Below, one piece after another: positions 18,974-28,700 of a stretch of DNA of 64,000 nt (position 1 is its first letter; each line of letters begins with the position of its first letter). This stretch comes from a virus (taxonomy: Duplodnaviria; Caudoviricetes), in the IMG/VR virus record IMGVR_UViG_2061766007_000705. The stretch is one strand, 5' to 3'. Under the pieces are notes generated by a model. The model ran no database searches. It saw only the letters and a program-made list of their open reading frames with translations, and was not told the origin of the DNA. The translations under genes were made by a program, and so were the position numbers.

Positions 18974-19402
18974 TTATATCTCTCCTTCTTCCATTTCTTT
19001 ATCAAATAAGATTTCATCAATTACACCAATAGCGTCATAAATATCTTCATAGTTAATTTTATAACCACCTAAATCATATGAGTCAAAATTAAAATTTTCT
19101 TTATTCTGAAATAATCTAAATATTATATTAAGAACTTTTTTCTCTGCACACATTATAGCAAGATGCTTACCTTCCCATAAGTAATTTCCGTAAAAGTCTC
19201 TTTCATTGAATGCACTCTTATATTTTAGATAATCAGATAAGCACTCTACAATAGTTGCTTCGAAAATTGTCGTTCTATCAAATTTACCTAAATACTCTCT
19301 TACTCGTTTATCGTTTTTAAACTCATCTATTTCTTTTAAACATTTTTCTTTGAGTTGTGTTACTAATTCTTCTCTTTGCGTATCATAATTAATCATAGGC
19401 AA
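18974..19402 (-). CDS. Hypothetical protein
   Basis: ORF coupled to its neighbours. Confidence 0.6.
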   Translation of the reverse strand: MPMINYDTQREELVTQLKEKCLKEIDEFKNDKRVREYLGKFDRTTIFEATIVECLSDYLKYKSAFNERDFYGNYLWEGKHLAIMCAEKKVLNIIFRLFQNKENFNFDSYDLGGYKINYEDIYDAIGVIDEILFDKEMEEGEI

Positions 19403-19634
19403 TATTATTTTTTACTGTAAGTGTTGCATCAACTAAATTAACTGCCGTATTTGCATACATCCAATCAGTACAACCAGTATCTAATTTAACAACAAGTATT
19501 AATTTATTATCCTCTCTGTCAAAATCATCTTCGTTTGTTACAACATAAAAAGCATCATTAGTTTCTATAATCTGTCCTGCTTCTGCATTTCCTAATTTAC
19601 AAGCATACACTTTTCTTTCATCCTTTATCTTCAT
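19389..19634 (-). CDS. Hypothetical protein
   Basis: Start MKIKDE after GAAAGGA. Confidence 0.6.
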   Translation of the reverse strand: MKIKDERKVYACKLGNAEAGQIIETNDAFYVVTNEDDFDREDNKLILVVKLDTGCTDWMYANTAVNLVDATLTVKNNIAYD

Positions 19635-19723
19635 ACTTTTTTCCTTTCCTATTCTGTTTACAACACTCAGATAAACCACAACCAGTTTTATTTTGAAGTT
19701 CTTTGACTTCTTGAATTAATCTA

Positions 19724-20203
19724 TTACTGTCCATCTACCGTCCATTTTTGAAGTTCATAATCCCATTCAAACTTTATAAGTTTTCCCTTACCACCGTAAA
19801 CATAAAATAAGTCGAATTCACCAGTTTCAATAAAAGAATGAATTGCTGATAAATTTAATTCAATTAGCCTAGAACGTTCAATTAACCTTTCCCTATCTGA
19901 TTGTTTACTTTTATTAATACCTATTTTATTAAATCTTTCATAATCATCTTTATCAAGATTACGAGCAGACATTTTAGAAGAATGTATTACAGCTCTAAAA
20001 TCATGGAAAAAAGTCATAGGAACACTTGCAAGTTGAATATTGGTATTATTTTTCTTTGCTTCTTTACAAAGTTCGTAAAACATTTCTTCAAGTTCATATA
20101 AAAGGTCAAAATATCCTTTATAGTATCTTAGATTAGTTTCAAAATCAAGTCTAAAAGGATTTTCTTTTATTCTATCATGAATTTCTAACATTTTTTCATA
20201 CAT
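19724..20203 (-). CDS. Hypothetical protein
   Basis: ORF with GAGGT RBS. Confidence 0.6.
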   Translation of the reverse strand: MYEKMLEIHDRIKENPFRLDFETNLRYYKGYFDLLYELEEMFYELCKEAKKNNTNIQLASVPMTFFHDFRAVIHSSKMSARNLDKDDYERFNKIGINKSKQSDRERLIERSRLIELNLSAIHSFIETGEFDLFYVYGGKGKLIKFEWDYELQKWTVDGQ

Positions 20204-20222
20204 AATTATACCTCATTCTTTA

Positions 20223-20411
20223 CTATGCCATATAATAACCTTTAACTTTTGACTGTTCCCATTCATCAATCGTAAATATTCTGTTAATCTGTTCTTTTTG
20301 TCCATAACAATCAACAATAGCTTTTACTCGATAATACTCTCGCCCATTTTCGGGATTTTGGATTTTCTGTTCGCTTATTACCTCATCAATATAATGTTCT
20401 AATAGATTCAT
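20223..20411 (-). CDS. Hypothetical protein
   Basis: MNLLEHYI...GYYMA; GAGG RBS. Confidence 0.65.
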   Translation of the reverse strand: MNLLEHYIDEVISEQKIQNPENGREYYRVKAIVDCYGQKEQINRIFTIDEWEQSKVKGYYMA

Positions 20412-20417
20412 GTTTCC

Positions 20418-20585
20418 TCACTTCCCTCGCATCTCACTTTCAAGTTTATATTTATATTCAGTAAGTGCTTTTTTGACTACATTCTTCTCTTCGTCATACA
20501 TTAACATGGGTGTTTTCACATTTTTAATTACACCCAATACCATATCTACAAATATCAACTCTTTTTCAATTTCTTCTCTGGTCAT
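20418..20585 (-). CDS. 55-aa hypothetical protein missing from the ORF track
   Basis: Hand translation MTREEIEKELIFVDMVLGVIKNVKTPMLMYDEEKNVVKKALTEYKYKLESEMRGK; fills the gap and has a purine-rich RBS. Confidence 0.6.
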   Translation of the reverse strand: MTREEIEKELIFVDMVLGVIKNVKTPMLMYDEEKNVVKKALTEYKYKLESEMRGK

Positions 20586-20588
20586 TCC

Positions 20589-20762
20589 TTACCCCCTCGA
20601 TTCTGCTTTATCTGCAATTGCTTTGTTCATAGCATCTTCTATTGCTTTTATTCTATCTGAATTACCACCCATAAAAATAGCCACTCTTTTTACATCACAT
20701 ATAGCCATTTCTTTTATTTCTTCCTCATTCCGACAAGCGGAGTACTTTTCATAGTACGTCAT
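20589..20762 (-). CDS. 57-aa hypothetical protein missing from the ORF track
   Basis: Hand translation MTYYEKYSACRNEEEIKEMAICDVKRVAIFMGGNSDRIKAIEDAMNKAIADKAESRG; ATGA overlap with the upstream stop. Confidence 0.6.
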   Translation of the reverse strand: MTYYEKYSACRNEEEIKEMAICDVKRVAIFMGGNSDRIKAIEDAMNKAIADKAESRG

Positions 20763-20944
20763 TCATTACCTTCACTTTCTATTAATGGGCAATTTACAGA
20801 ATTATAACCCAAAGGACAAGATATTTTAATATCTACGTATTGATATGTGCTAAAATAACTTTCTTGAGATATTGGACATTTCTTACAATCTCCACATTTA
20901 AAATCATTTGGTACATTAAGTAATACATTTAATCTGACTTTCAT
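20759..20944 (-). CDS. Small Cys-rich hypothetical protein
   Basis: CGDCKKCP...CP...CPL. Confidence 0.6.
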   Translation of the reverse strand: MKVRLNVLLNVPNDFKCGDCKKCPISQESYFSTYQYVDIKISCPLGYNSVNCPLIESEGNE

Positions 20945-20972
20945 TCTAATCCCTCACTTTCTGCCTATCTGC

Positions 20973-21227
20973 CTATCTGCTAACAACCTTAATTAGGTCG
21001 AACAGTTCCTTCGCCTTATCATTGGGTACAAGTCCAATTTCTTCCTCATCAGCATATACAAGTTGATAGTTCTGTGTTACAAGGTCGCAAACTTCAATTT
21101 CTGACATAACTGCCAACTCTTCAGCAGATGCTAATTCATCATCTAAAGCTATTTTCCTTATTCCTCTGCACATTCCGAGGTAATTTAATTTACTTGCTAA
21201 TTCTCTTCCATCCATATTAGTCCTCAT
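20973..21227 (-). CDS. Hypothetical protein
   Basis: ORF coupled to its neighbour. Confidence 0.6.
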   Translation of the reverse strand: MRTNMDGRELASKLNYLGMCRGIRKIALDDELASAEELAVMSEIEVCDLVTQNYQLVYADEEEIGLVPNDKAKELFDLIKVVSR

Positions 21228-21612
21228 TTTCCAATTTCCACCCATAATGCTTGGCTACTTTTTTGAACTGTTCAATGTGATAGTATCCATCTTCGCCATC
21301 AAGATTCAGTCCGTTTTCCAAAACCTTACACCAAGAGTTTACGACCATTGCCATTAATTCTGACGAAATACCTCTTTCATCAACCGCTTTTTCATATCCG
21401 AATTCAACGTCCGATTTCAACTGTGCGATGATATTTTCTTCCGTCCATTCTTTTGGAACTGGTGGTTCTTCTCCTTCTGTCAATTTAAATCCGTACTCTT
21501 CCCATTCAGTATACGGTAAAAAATTCAAGAATCTTTTCGTCCATCTTCTGTCAAGAAAAATATCTTCTTCAAATTCATCGTGATGTTCTTTTACATATTC
21601 TAATGTTTTCAT
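21217..21612 (-). CDS. Hypothetical phage protein
   Basis: MKTLEYVK...WTEENI...ERGISSELM; ATGA overlap. Confidence 0.65.
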   Translation of the reverse strand: MKTLEYVKEHHDEFEEDIFLDRRWTKRFLNFLPYTEWEEYGFKLTEGEEPPVPKEWTEENIIAQLKSDVEFGYEKAVDERGISSELMAMVVNSWCKVLENGLNLDGEDGYYHIEQFKKVAKHYGWKLENED

Positions 21613-22106
21613 TCTGTTTCCTCGCTTTCCTTATATGATGTATTCATCCACCTATCAGTAACCTTAAATACTATTGTGCCATCTTTACCATGAATATCGA
21701 CACAGTTTTTATCTATATCTAAGATAATATTTAAGACTTCTCCATTCGTGGCACCCTCAGGGATGGTTATTGTGTTTTCTATAGGAGCATTCTCCACTGA
21801 CATCTTACATAATTCATCCATTAAATTATTAATAAACTCAGAAGCATTTTCTTTCCAATGAATTATCGTTGTATCTTTGTCTCTCCTTACACAAATTCCT
21901 ACTTTATCATTAAAAGTATCTTTATTAATGATAAGATGAAATAACGCCCTATCTACATTATATTCCATATCAAACCACGTATATGTATTTTCAATGTTAA
22001 TACTGTCCATATCGTTAAGATATTCTAATACAGTATCAAGTTTTTCTTTTACACCATTATCAAAAACAACATATTTAGTTGTGACAGTTTCTTCAATTAT
22101 CTTCAT
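21609..22106 (-). CDS. Hypothetical protein
   Basis: Start MKIIEE after GAAAGGA. Confidence 0.6.
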   Translation of the reverse strand: MKIIEETVTTKYVVFDNGVKEKLDTVLEYLNDMDSINIENTYTWFDMEYNVDRALFHLIINKDTFNDKVGICVRRDKDTTIIHWKENASEFINNLMDELCKMSVENAPIENTITIPEGATNGEVLNIILDIDKNCVDIHGKDGTIVFKVTDRWMNTSYKESEETE

Positions 22107-22326
22107 TATTTGTTTCCTTTCTGATTCTTTCAACTAAATCAGTGAAAGCCACTGTTTCGAAAAAATTACCAATTATACCACCACTATTAAGTGTATCGTA
22201 CTTGATTAAAAATCCATCAACATATTCAGCACCCAAATTTTCTTCTACCCATTTAGCACCATTACTTCTTAAATTTGTTTCTTTACACTCTTCTTTACAC
22301 TTAAAAATACGACTTAAAATCTGCAT
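22093..22326 (-). CDS. Hypothetical protein
   Basis: GGGGGAG RBS. Confidence 0.6.
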   Translation of the reverse strand: MQILSRIFKCKEECKETNLRSNGAKWVEENLGAEYVDGFLIKYDTLNSGGIIGNFFETVAFTDLVERIRKETNNEDN

Positions 22327-22338
22327 TTTATTCTCCCC

Positions 22339-22755
22339 CTAAATACAATGTTTGCAATCATATTCATCTGCTCTCATCCAAACGTTGAAATACTTACAGT
22401 AAAAATCACTATAACCGCTATATCCTTCAGCATTCCTACATCTTGAACATGATGATTCATCCTTCGACTTGTCAACTATATCTTCAAATTCTAAAGTTGT
22501 TGTTCTTATTACTTTAATTAAACGAAAAGAACCTTTTTCATACTTAGTTAAACCTTGTATGATTTCTTCAGCAAAATCCTTATCCAGATATAATCGGATT
22601 TTATTTACATCCGTTCCATAACTTGGTCTATTAACTCTTATTACACTTTCTTTGTCTAATCCATATGCATTATATGAATAAAGATATTTATTCGTGTCTG
22701 TGTTAAGTATACAATAATTTATTTCTTCCTTAACAATTGTTGTGTTATTCTTCAT
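22339..22755 (-). CDS. Hypothetical protein with C-terminal Cys motif
   Basis: Start MKNNTT after GAAAGGA, downstream of the promoter. Confidence 0.6.
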   Translation of the reverse strand: MKNNTTIVKEEINYCILNTDTNKYLYSYNAYGLDKESVIRVNRPSYGTDVNKIRLYLDKDFAEEIIQGLTKYEKGSFRLIKVIRTTTLEFEDIVDKSKDESSCSRCRNAEGYSGYSDFYCKYFNVWMRADEYDCKHCI

Positions 22756-22806
22756 ATCTGTTTTCCTTTCCATATAAAATGATTGCTTTATTTTTAACTT
22801 ACACAT

Positions 22807-22835
22807 ATTATAACTCAAAACAAACTGTTTGTCAA
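22807..22835 (-). promoter_or_regulatory. Consensus sigmaA promoter for the small-gene operon
   Basis: TTGACA-17 bp-TATAAT. Confidence 0.85.
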
Positions 22836-22895
22836 TAGGGTTTCGTCTTAAAATAAAAAATTTTTTAAAAAAGTTGCAAAAATATGCTAACCCAC

Positions 22896-22924
22896 TTGCA
22901 ACATAAATATAAATATGTTATAAT
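22896..22924 (+). promoter_or_regulatory. SigmaA promoter of the dUTPase (divergent)
   Basis: TTGCAA-17 bp-TATAAT with extended TG. Confidence 0.75.
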
Positions 22925-22977
22925 ATGGTAGTAAATAGGCACATAGCCAAATATCAAAATAAAGAAAGGATTAAAAT

Positions 22978-23505
22978 ATGTATTTTGAAAAAGTAAGTTT
23001 TGAACAGTACAAGAAATCTATTGGTGGAGACCTTACAGAAGAAGAACTCAAGTCAGAATATGATGATATTAAACTTCCAAAGAGAGCAACAAAATGGTCT
23101 GCTGGATATGATTTCTTTGCTCCATTTGATATTGACCTTGCACCTGGAGAGTCAATTGCAGTTCCAACTGGTATCAGATGGAAGTGCTCACACGAACTTG
23201 AAGTTATGAGTTTTGCAAAGCCTACATTTGTATTAAAAGTTTATCCTCGTTCTGGACTTGGTTTTAAGCATTTTGTTGGACTTGCTAATACAGTTGGAAT
23301 TATTGATGAAGATTATTATCAATCAGAAAATGAAGGTCATATCTTTGTCAAACTTGTTAATAATGGCAGTGAAAATGTAACAATTAATAAGAATCAAGGT
23401 TTTGCACAAGGTATTATTGTTAATTTCTGGGTGTGCGATGACGATACTGGTTTCATTGACGGCGAACAAAGAAATGGTGGTATGGGTAGCACAGATAACA
23501 AGTAA
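22978..23505 (+). CDS. dut: Trimeric dUTPase
   Basis: Motifs SAGYD, PRSG, GIIDEDYY, FAQG, RNGGMGST. Confidence 0.95.
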   Translation: MYFEKVSFEQYKKSIGGDLTEEELKSEYDDIKLPKRATKWSAGYDFFAPFDIDLAPGESIAVPTGIRWKCSHELEVMSFAKPTFVLKVYPRSGLGFKHFVGLANTVGIIDEDYYQSENEGHIFVKLVNNGSENVTINKNQGFAQGIIVNFWVCDDDTGFIDGEQRNGGMGSTDNK

Positions 23506-23531
23506 AATTAAATAGTATAAATTTTACTGCT

Positions 23532-23573
23532 AAAAAAAGGGTTTTGAAGTAATTTTCAAAACCCTTTCTTTTT
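23532..23573. terminator. Bidirectional intrinsic terminator
   Basis: AAAGGGTTTTGAA/TTCAAAACCCTTT stem between convergent genes. Confidence 0.85.
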
Positions 23574-23581
23574 AATTTACA

Positions 23582-24082
23582 TTACTCTTCATCTAAATTT
23601 TGACAATGTGGATTGTTAGTACAAGCAACAAAAGGCTTCTCCATAAGTTCATTATAACAATGTTCTACATAAGAATTACCTTTAAGTATTTCCGAATATG
23701 TCGTATAAAGAAAAATTAAATTTTGTCTTTCATATTCAGGGAGATTGACATCTTCTGGAATGTAGCGATAATATAAATGTGTAATAGAATTACGCAAAAT
23801 ACTCTTTAAGCACTCTTGCATATCATTAACATTTTTCTCGTACCTTTCATTATTCTTTTCTTGTTCAGACAATTGGTTTTTGAACCTTTCAGAAAGGTCT
23901 TGAACCATTTTCTTAACATCCTCAATCAACTCATTTTGTTCATCGTCTTTTTTTGCTTGCTCATATTTTGTTGTTATATGTTCTATTAGTCTATCCCTCA
24001 GTGGTTTGAGCAACAATGTTGACAATGTAATTAAAGTAATTATACCACTGCAAATAGTAATGATTAATTTAAATGTTTCCAA
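23582..24082 (-). CDS. Lysis-module membrane protein (holin-like)
   Basis: N-terminal TM helix, coiled coil, Y...GNS motif. Confidence 0.55.
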   Translation of the reverse strand: METFKLIITICSGIITLITLSTLLLKPLRDRLIEHITTKYEQAKKDDEQNELIEDVKKMVQDLSERFKNQLSEQEKNNERYEKNVNDMQECLKSILRNSITHLYYRYIPEDVNLPEYERQNLIFLYTTYSEILKGNSYVEHCYNELMEKPFVACTNNPHCQNLDEE

Positions 24083-24160
24083 GATATTCCTCGCTTTCTC
24101 TGTAAGCCCTTAATCTAATTGCAAATGAACAAGAAAATCCAACATCTGCAATTAATCAGT

Positions 24161-24559
24161 TTACTTTTTTAATGTGTTAACTTTACTTTCAATTTTCTCC
24201 GTAATGTAAGAATCTAAGTCCTTATAAGCCAAAGCAAGATATTTTCTTGCTTCATCAGTAAGAATAGAATTAACCGCTTCATAAGTCATTCTAAATGCTT
24301 CTTTCTGTGCTTCTTCATCGAACATATTCTTATCCTTTAATGCACTTACATATGTTTGATTAGTTGCAATTACACAATTACTAATAGTTTCTCCAAGCAT
24401 ATAAATATACGATTGAAGTTTTTCATCAGTAATATTTTCATTAATCTCAAATGTCTTTTTCTTAACAAGTGCAATAATATAACCCGATACTACTGCCAAA
24501 ATAGGAACTAAACAAACATTGCAAATATCTGTTAAAATCTGTAATACGTTACTATTCAT
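24161..24559 (-). CDS. Holin (LL-H-like)
   Basis: N-terminal TM segment, ATNQTYV..LK motif, IESKV tail; next to the endolysin. Confidence 0.65.
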   Translation of the reverse strand: MNSNVLQILTDICNVCLVPILAVVSGYIIALVKKKTFEINENITDEKLQSYIYMLGETISNCVIATNQTYVSALKDKNMFDEEAQKEAFRMTYEAVNSILTDEARKYLALAYKDLDSYITEKIESKVNTLKK

Positions 24560-25031
24560 CTTTTTTCCTCGACTTTCTATTTTTTCTAACTGCTTTTGCT
24601 ACAACTTCTACTTCTGCTTCCTTTGGTTCTTCAATCTCAGTATCTTCAGAACTATCCGTTGTATCATTGATGTCCATATTATTCTTTACGTTTTCTACAA
24701 TATCTTCAGAACAATCAGAACACTCATTATCATAAATATCTTCCATTAATTCAGTTTCATCCGTTTCATCAGTTTCTTCTTCAAGAATATCTTTAATATG
24801 AGTTGGTATTTCATCTATAAAATTTACTTTACCAACTGCACCAAAACTTTCTCTCTTCTCAAAGAGTGCTTTGGCTGAATATGCAAAAAACGTTGCAATA
24901 ATTGACGTAATTGCAGTAACAGCTATTGTTTCAGCAATTTGGTCTTTACCCATAAATGCTAATATGAAACTAAGATATACCCAAGAAATAGATACCGATA
25001 GAATTACAATAACTGCTTTTTTTGTAAACAT
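24552..25031 (-). CDS. Two-TM holin-like protein with acidic tail
   Basis: Two hydrophobic helices followed by an E/D-rich C-terminus. Confidence 0.5.
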   Translation of the reverse strand: MFTKKAVIVILSVSISWVYLSFILAFMGKDQIAETIAVTAITSIIATFFAYSAKALFEKRESFGAVGKVNFIDEIPTHIKDILEEETDETDETELMEDIYDNECSDCSEDIVENVKNNMDINDTTDSSEDTEIEEPKEAEVEVVAKAVRKNRKSRKKDE

Positions 25032-25048
25032 TATTTCACCACTTTTCT

Positions 25049-25774
25049 TTATAATTGGTTAGGATATAGTTCAAGTAATTTATCTAATGTCTGACCACCA
25101 CATATACCATCTACTTTCAGTTTATATTTTTGTTGAAATAACTTAACTGCATTTTCTGTGTTTCCACCAAATAAACCATCTTCTTGAAGTTTTATCCCTA
25201 AATTACTTTGGTTTAATAACTCTTGTAACTTTTTAACCTCTAACACATATCCATCACTCTTTTCATCATTTTCAATACTAAGCGGATGCATTATTGTTTG
25301 AGATTTATAATTTGTAATAAATTCTAATGGGTTTATTACTTCCCAATTCTTCTTATCTTTACTTATGTGAATTTCATAATGCAAATGAACACCTGCTGAT
25401 TTTCCAGTGTTTCCCAATGTTGCAATTACTTTTCCAGCAAGACAAGAATCCCCTTTCTGTACTTTAATAGAACCATTAGCCAAATGTTGTGCTAAAAATC
25501 TAATGTAATACCCTTTAACCTTTCTATAAAATTGTAAAATTACAACATTACCTCTTGCATTATTCCAATATATATCTTCAACAATACATCTAAAAGGGGC
25601 ATAGAGATTGCCTGAAGAAGCAATATCTATGCCATTATGAAATGTTCTTTTATGTGTTATAGGATGTATTCTATAACCATAATATGAAGATATGCGAATT
25701 GTGTCGCAAGGAAGATGTTGACAAATAGAAGGTATTTTGTATGTCTTTTTTGTGTTCGTACTCATAATTATCAC
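25049..25774 (-). CDS. Endolysin: M23 peptidase plus peptidoglycan-binding domain
   Basis: YGYRIHP...HNGIDI, GNTG.S.G.HLHYEI; VKKLQ...DGLFG..TENAVKLFQ...VDGICG. Confidence 0.88.
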   Translation of the reverse strand: MIIMSTNTKKTYKIPSICQHLPCDTIRISSYYGYRIHPITHKRTFHNGIDIASSGNLYAPFRCIVEDIYWNNARGNVVILQFYRKVKGYYIRFLAQHLANGSIKVQKGDSCLAGKVIATLGNTGKSAGVHLHYEIHISKDKKNWEVINPLEFITNYKSQTIMHPLSIENDEKSDGYVLEVKKLQELLNQSNLGIKLQEDGLFGGNTENAVKLFQQKYKLKVDGICGGQTLDKLLELYPNQL

Positions 25775-25784
25775 CTTGCTTGTT

Positions 25785-28700
25785 TTAATCTTCTTTAATT
25801 AAATATATACGATATATAAATGCTTCTCCAATACGAGGATAAATATACATATTACCTTGCCTTTGTTTTTGTCCAAATGTAAAAATATCTATATATTGTC
25901 TATCCGTTTGTTTGTCTGATAAAACATATGGTAATGTTAAAATTTCTCCAAGTCTTGTATCACCTTGTGTCAATGCATCAGTATAAGTATATTCATCGCC
26001 ACTCATTTGATAACAAACATTCCAAAAAGTTGTTTTTGATGTGTTAAATCTAATACAATATACCACTTTAATCTTTTGAGCAGACAAACACCATTGTTCT
26101 TCAGATTTTTTAAAAGAACAGTCAAGAAGATTAAATCTTTCATACATCCAACTACCGCCATTTCCAACTTTTAAAATTAATGGGTCTCCTCGATATTCAT
26201 AAACATTACTATTTTCATAAGCTCTCAAATCTTTATAAGTATAACCATAAGTATTGCCAGAATCCCAAAAATCATAAAGATACTTAACTTTATCAGATTG
26301 CCATATTGTATATACTTTAAAATCTGTTCTACTAATATTAGCATTTGATTCATCTGCAATACATACACCTTTAGGTTGTCTTGTAGCAGTGTTCTGTCTT
26401 GCATCTTCAATTATAGTTAAATCTGACAAATCTAAAAGAACACAATATACTTTTCGTTCTTTTGTTACTTCAACAAATGATTTATGAGCAATGAGACCAG
26501 TATAAAGTTTTTCAGCATATTCACTATTTCCTATTGCAACATTTTGTACATCATCATTTATTGATTGTGCTTCAAATATAACTAAATATTTTTCACCAAA
26601 TTTAAGAGATTTTGCTTCACTAATATATTCTGCTGGTTTACATACATAAACATTATTAGCACACAAATCTTCACATTCAAAATAACCAAGACTTCCATCG
26701 TATGTGCATCTGCAATATACACAATCATTAAATACACTAGTACAAGCATCAATATTTGTATAAACATCAATGCAAATATTGTTTTCATTGAATATTATAT
26801 CATACTCATAATTATCATTTGACAAATGACCTTTTTCATTTATTGCTAATTCTTCAATTGAATCACCAGAAATTTCATCCATTATAAATAAAGTATTATC
26901 TCCGTTATTATAAATATATAAACCCTCATCATCTGTTGATTTAATAATTTCCGAATTATTCTTATCACTATAAAGACACCTAAACCAATTAATGTTTATT
27001 GTTGCTTCATCTCCATGTTTTAATTTATTATTAAAACAAATAGTATTTTTTATTTTATTCTTTGGCAAATTATTATAAGTTTGATAATTATTATCATATA
27101 CTCCACCATGCACTAAACCAATTGGTTCAACACCCGATAATGTCAAATTAATATTAGCACCGATGTCTACTTGATAATCTTGTACAAAAGCTGCTTGATT
27201 ATTATATGATGCAACAAATCTATATTGTTTTTGTGTATTTTCTAAATCTAAAGGTACATTAAAAGTCAAAGAATTAGCACCTTGAATTGCAGTACTTCCT
27301 TCATACCATTGATAAGTTAAAGGTTTATCACTAAGATAATCTAATGATTGAATGATTTGACCTTCAGTTTCATTATAACCATAACTAAGTGATTTTTTTA
27401 TTACAGTCTGTTCATCAGACAAGATAACACAACAATTTTTCTTTCTTGCATAAAATCCATTTGGTGTAAATGTAATTGTCTCACCTTCAACTTGATTATC
27501 AACCATAAATCTTACATAATACTCACCAGTGATATTTTCAACATTTAAGATAATGCTACCTTTTCCTTCATTGGTTATTGATGTATTTGTTTGAATATCA
27601 AAAGCAGGTTCATTATTTGTACCATATTGGTCACTTTTAATAAATGTATCTAACCCAATATATATTTTACTATTTTCGCCTATGAGATTTGAAACTATAT
27701 AATTTAAATATACTTCATCATAATTAGTGACATCAATTGGAGATTTAGTAGTATAGCCACACATACAATGTATTAAATTATCATTTTTTACAATTGTCGA
27801 GTTTCCTTGTCCACTCCATTGATTATTACTATATGATTTATTCCACTTAATTTGTCCAATATTATAATAATTAGGACGAAGTGCTTTGTGTTTAGTAATT
27901 TGAAGTGAGTTAATTGCAGTTTTTTTATTAACGATATTTGTATTAAGATGAGAAGTTACTTGACAATAATAATATCTCTCTTTGTTTATCACATCATTAA
28001 ATATAGGCTTATAAATTTGTTCAGTTGCACCATTAATTATTATTAAATGCTTAGTACTATACTTATTCTTATATGGGTTTTCATACCATTGATATGTAAA
28101 TGTATGATTCTCTATTGGTTCAACCTCAGCCTTAAGAGAATTATCTGTAAGAAGCGTAAGAGTTACTTTTGGAGTAGTTGCAGATGTTTCATCAGCATTA
28201 ACACTAAAACTAATAATATTTGAATTAAGAGTTTCAGTTAACCTACTTTCAGTTCTTAAAGCAGTAACACTACAATAATAATATTCTATTGTTTCACCTA
28301 ATTTACCAATAGGGATATTATATATAGATTCAATAGCATCATCTATTTTTTGTGCATTATAACCACTTAAATCATCACATTTATACCACTGATACGATAA
28401 AGTGTGATTATCTTCCACCGTTGCTTCAATACTAATTGATACAGATTCGTAACCATAATCAACTGTAATATTTTGTGGCTGAGTAACAATTGTCGGTGGA
28501 GTTGCAGGTATCATATTTTTCTTTGATAAAGATTGTGGAATTAAATATACTCTATGTATTCTTATATCGGCAGTTTGTTCAGGATAATAGAATGAACTTG
28601 CACCAAAATTAAGATAATAAGAACCAGTAACAGAACTTATATCCATTTTCTTTGTATGTAATTTTAAATCTGTATAATTAGCAAAATCACCAGTGCAATT

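Noticed and set aside
22314-22331. Fourth palindrome TTAAAA-TCTGCA-TTTTAT over a start codon
   Set aside because: No adjacent NrdR-like boxes; about one such match is expected by chance in DNA this AT-rich, so it is not counted as a copy
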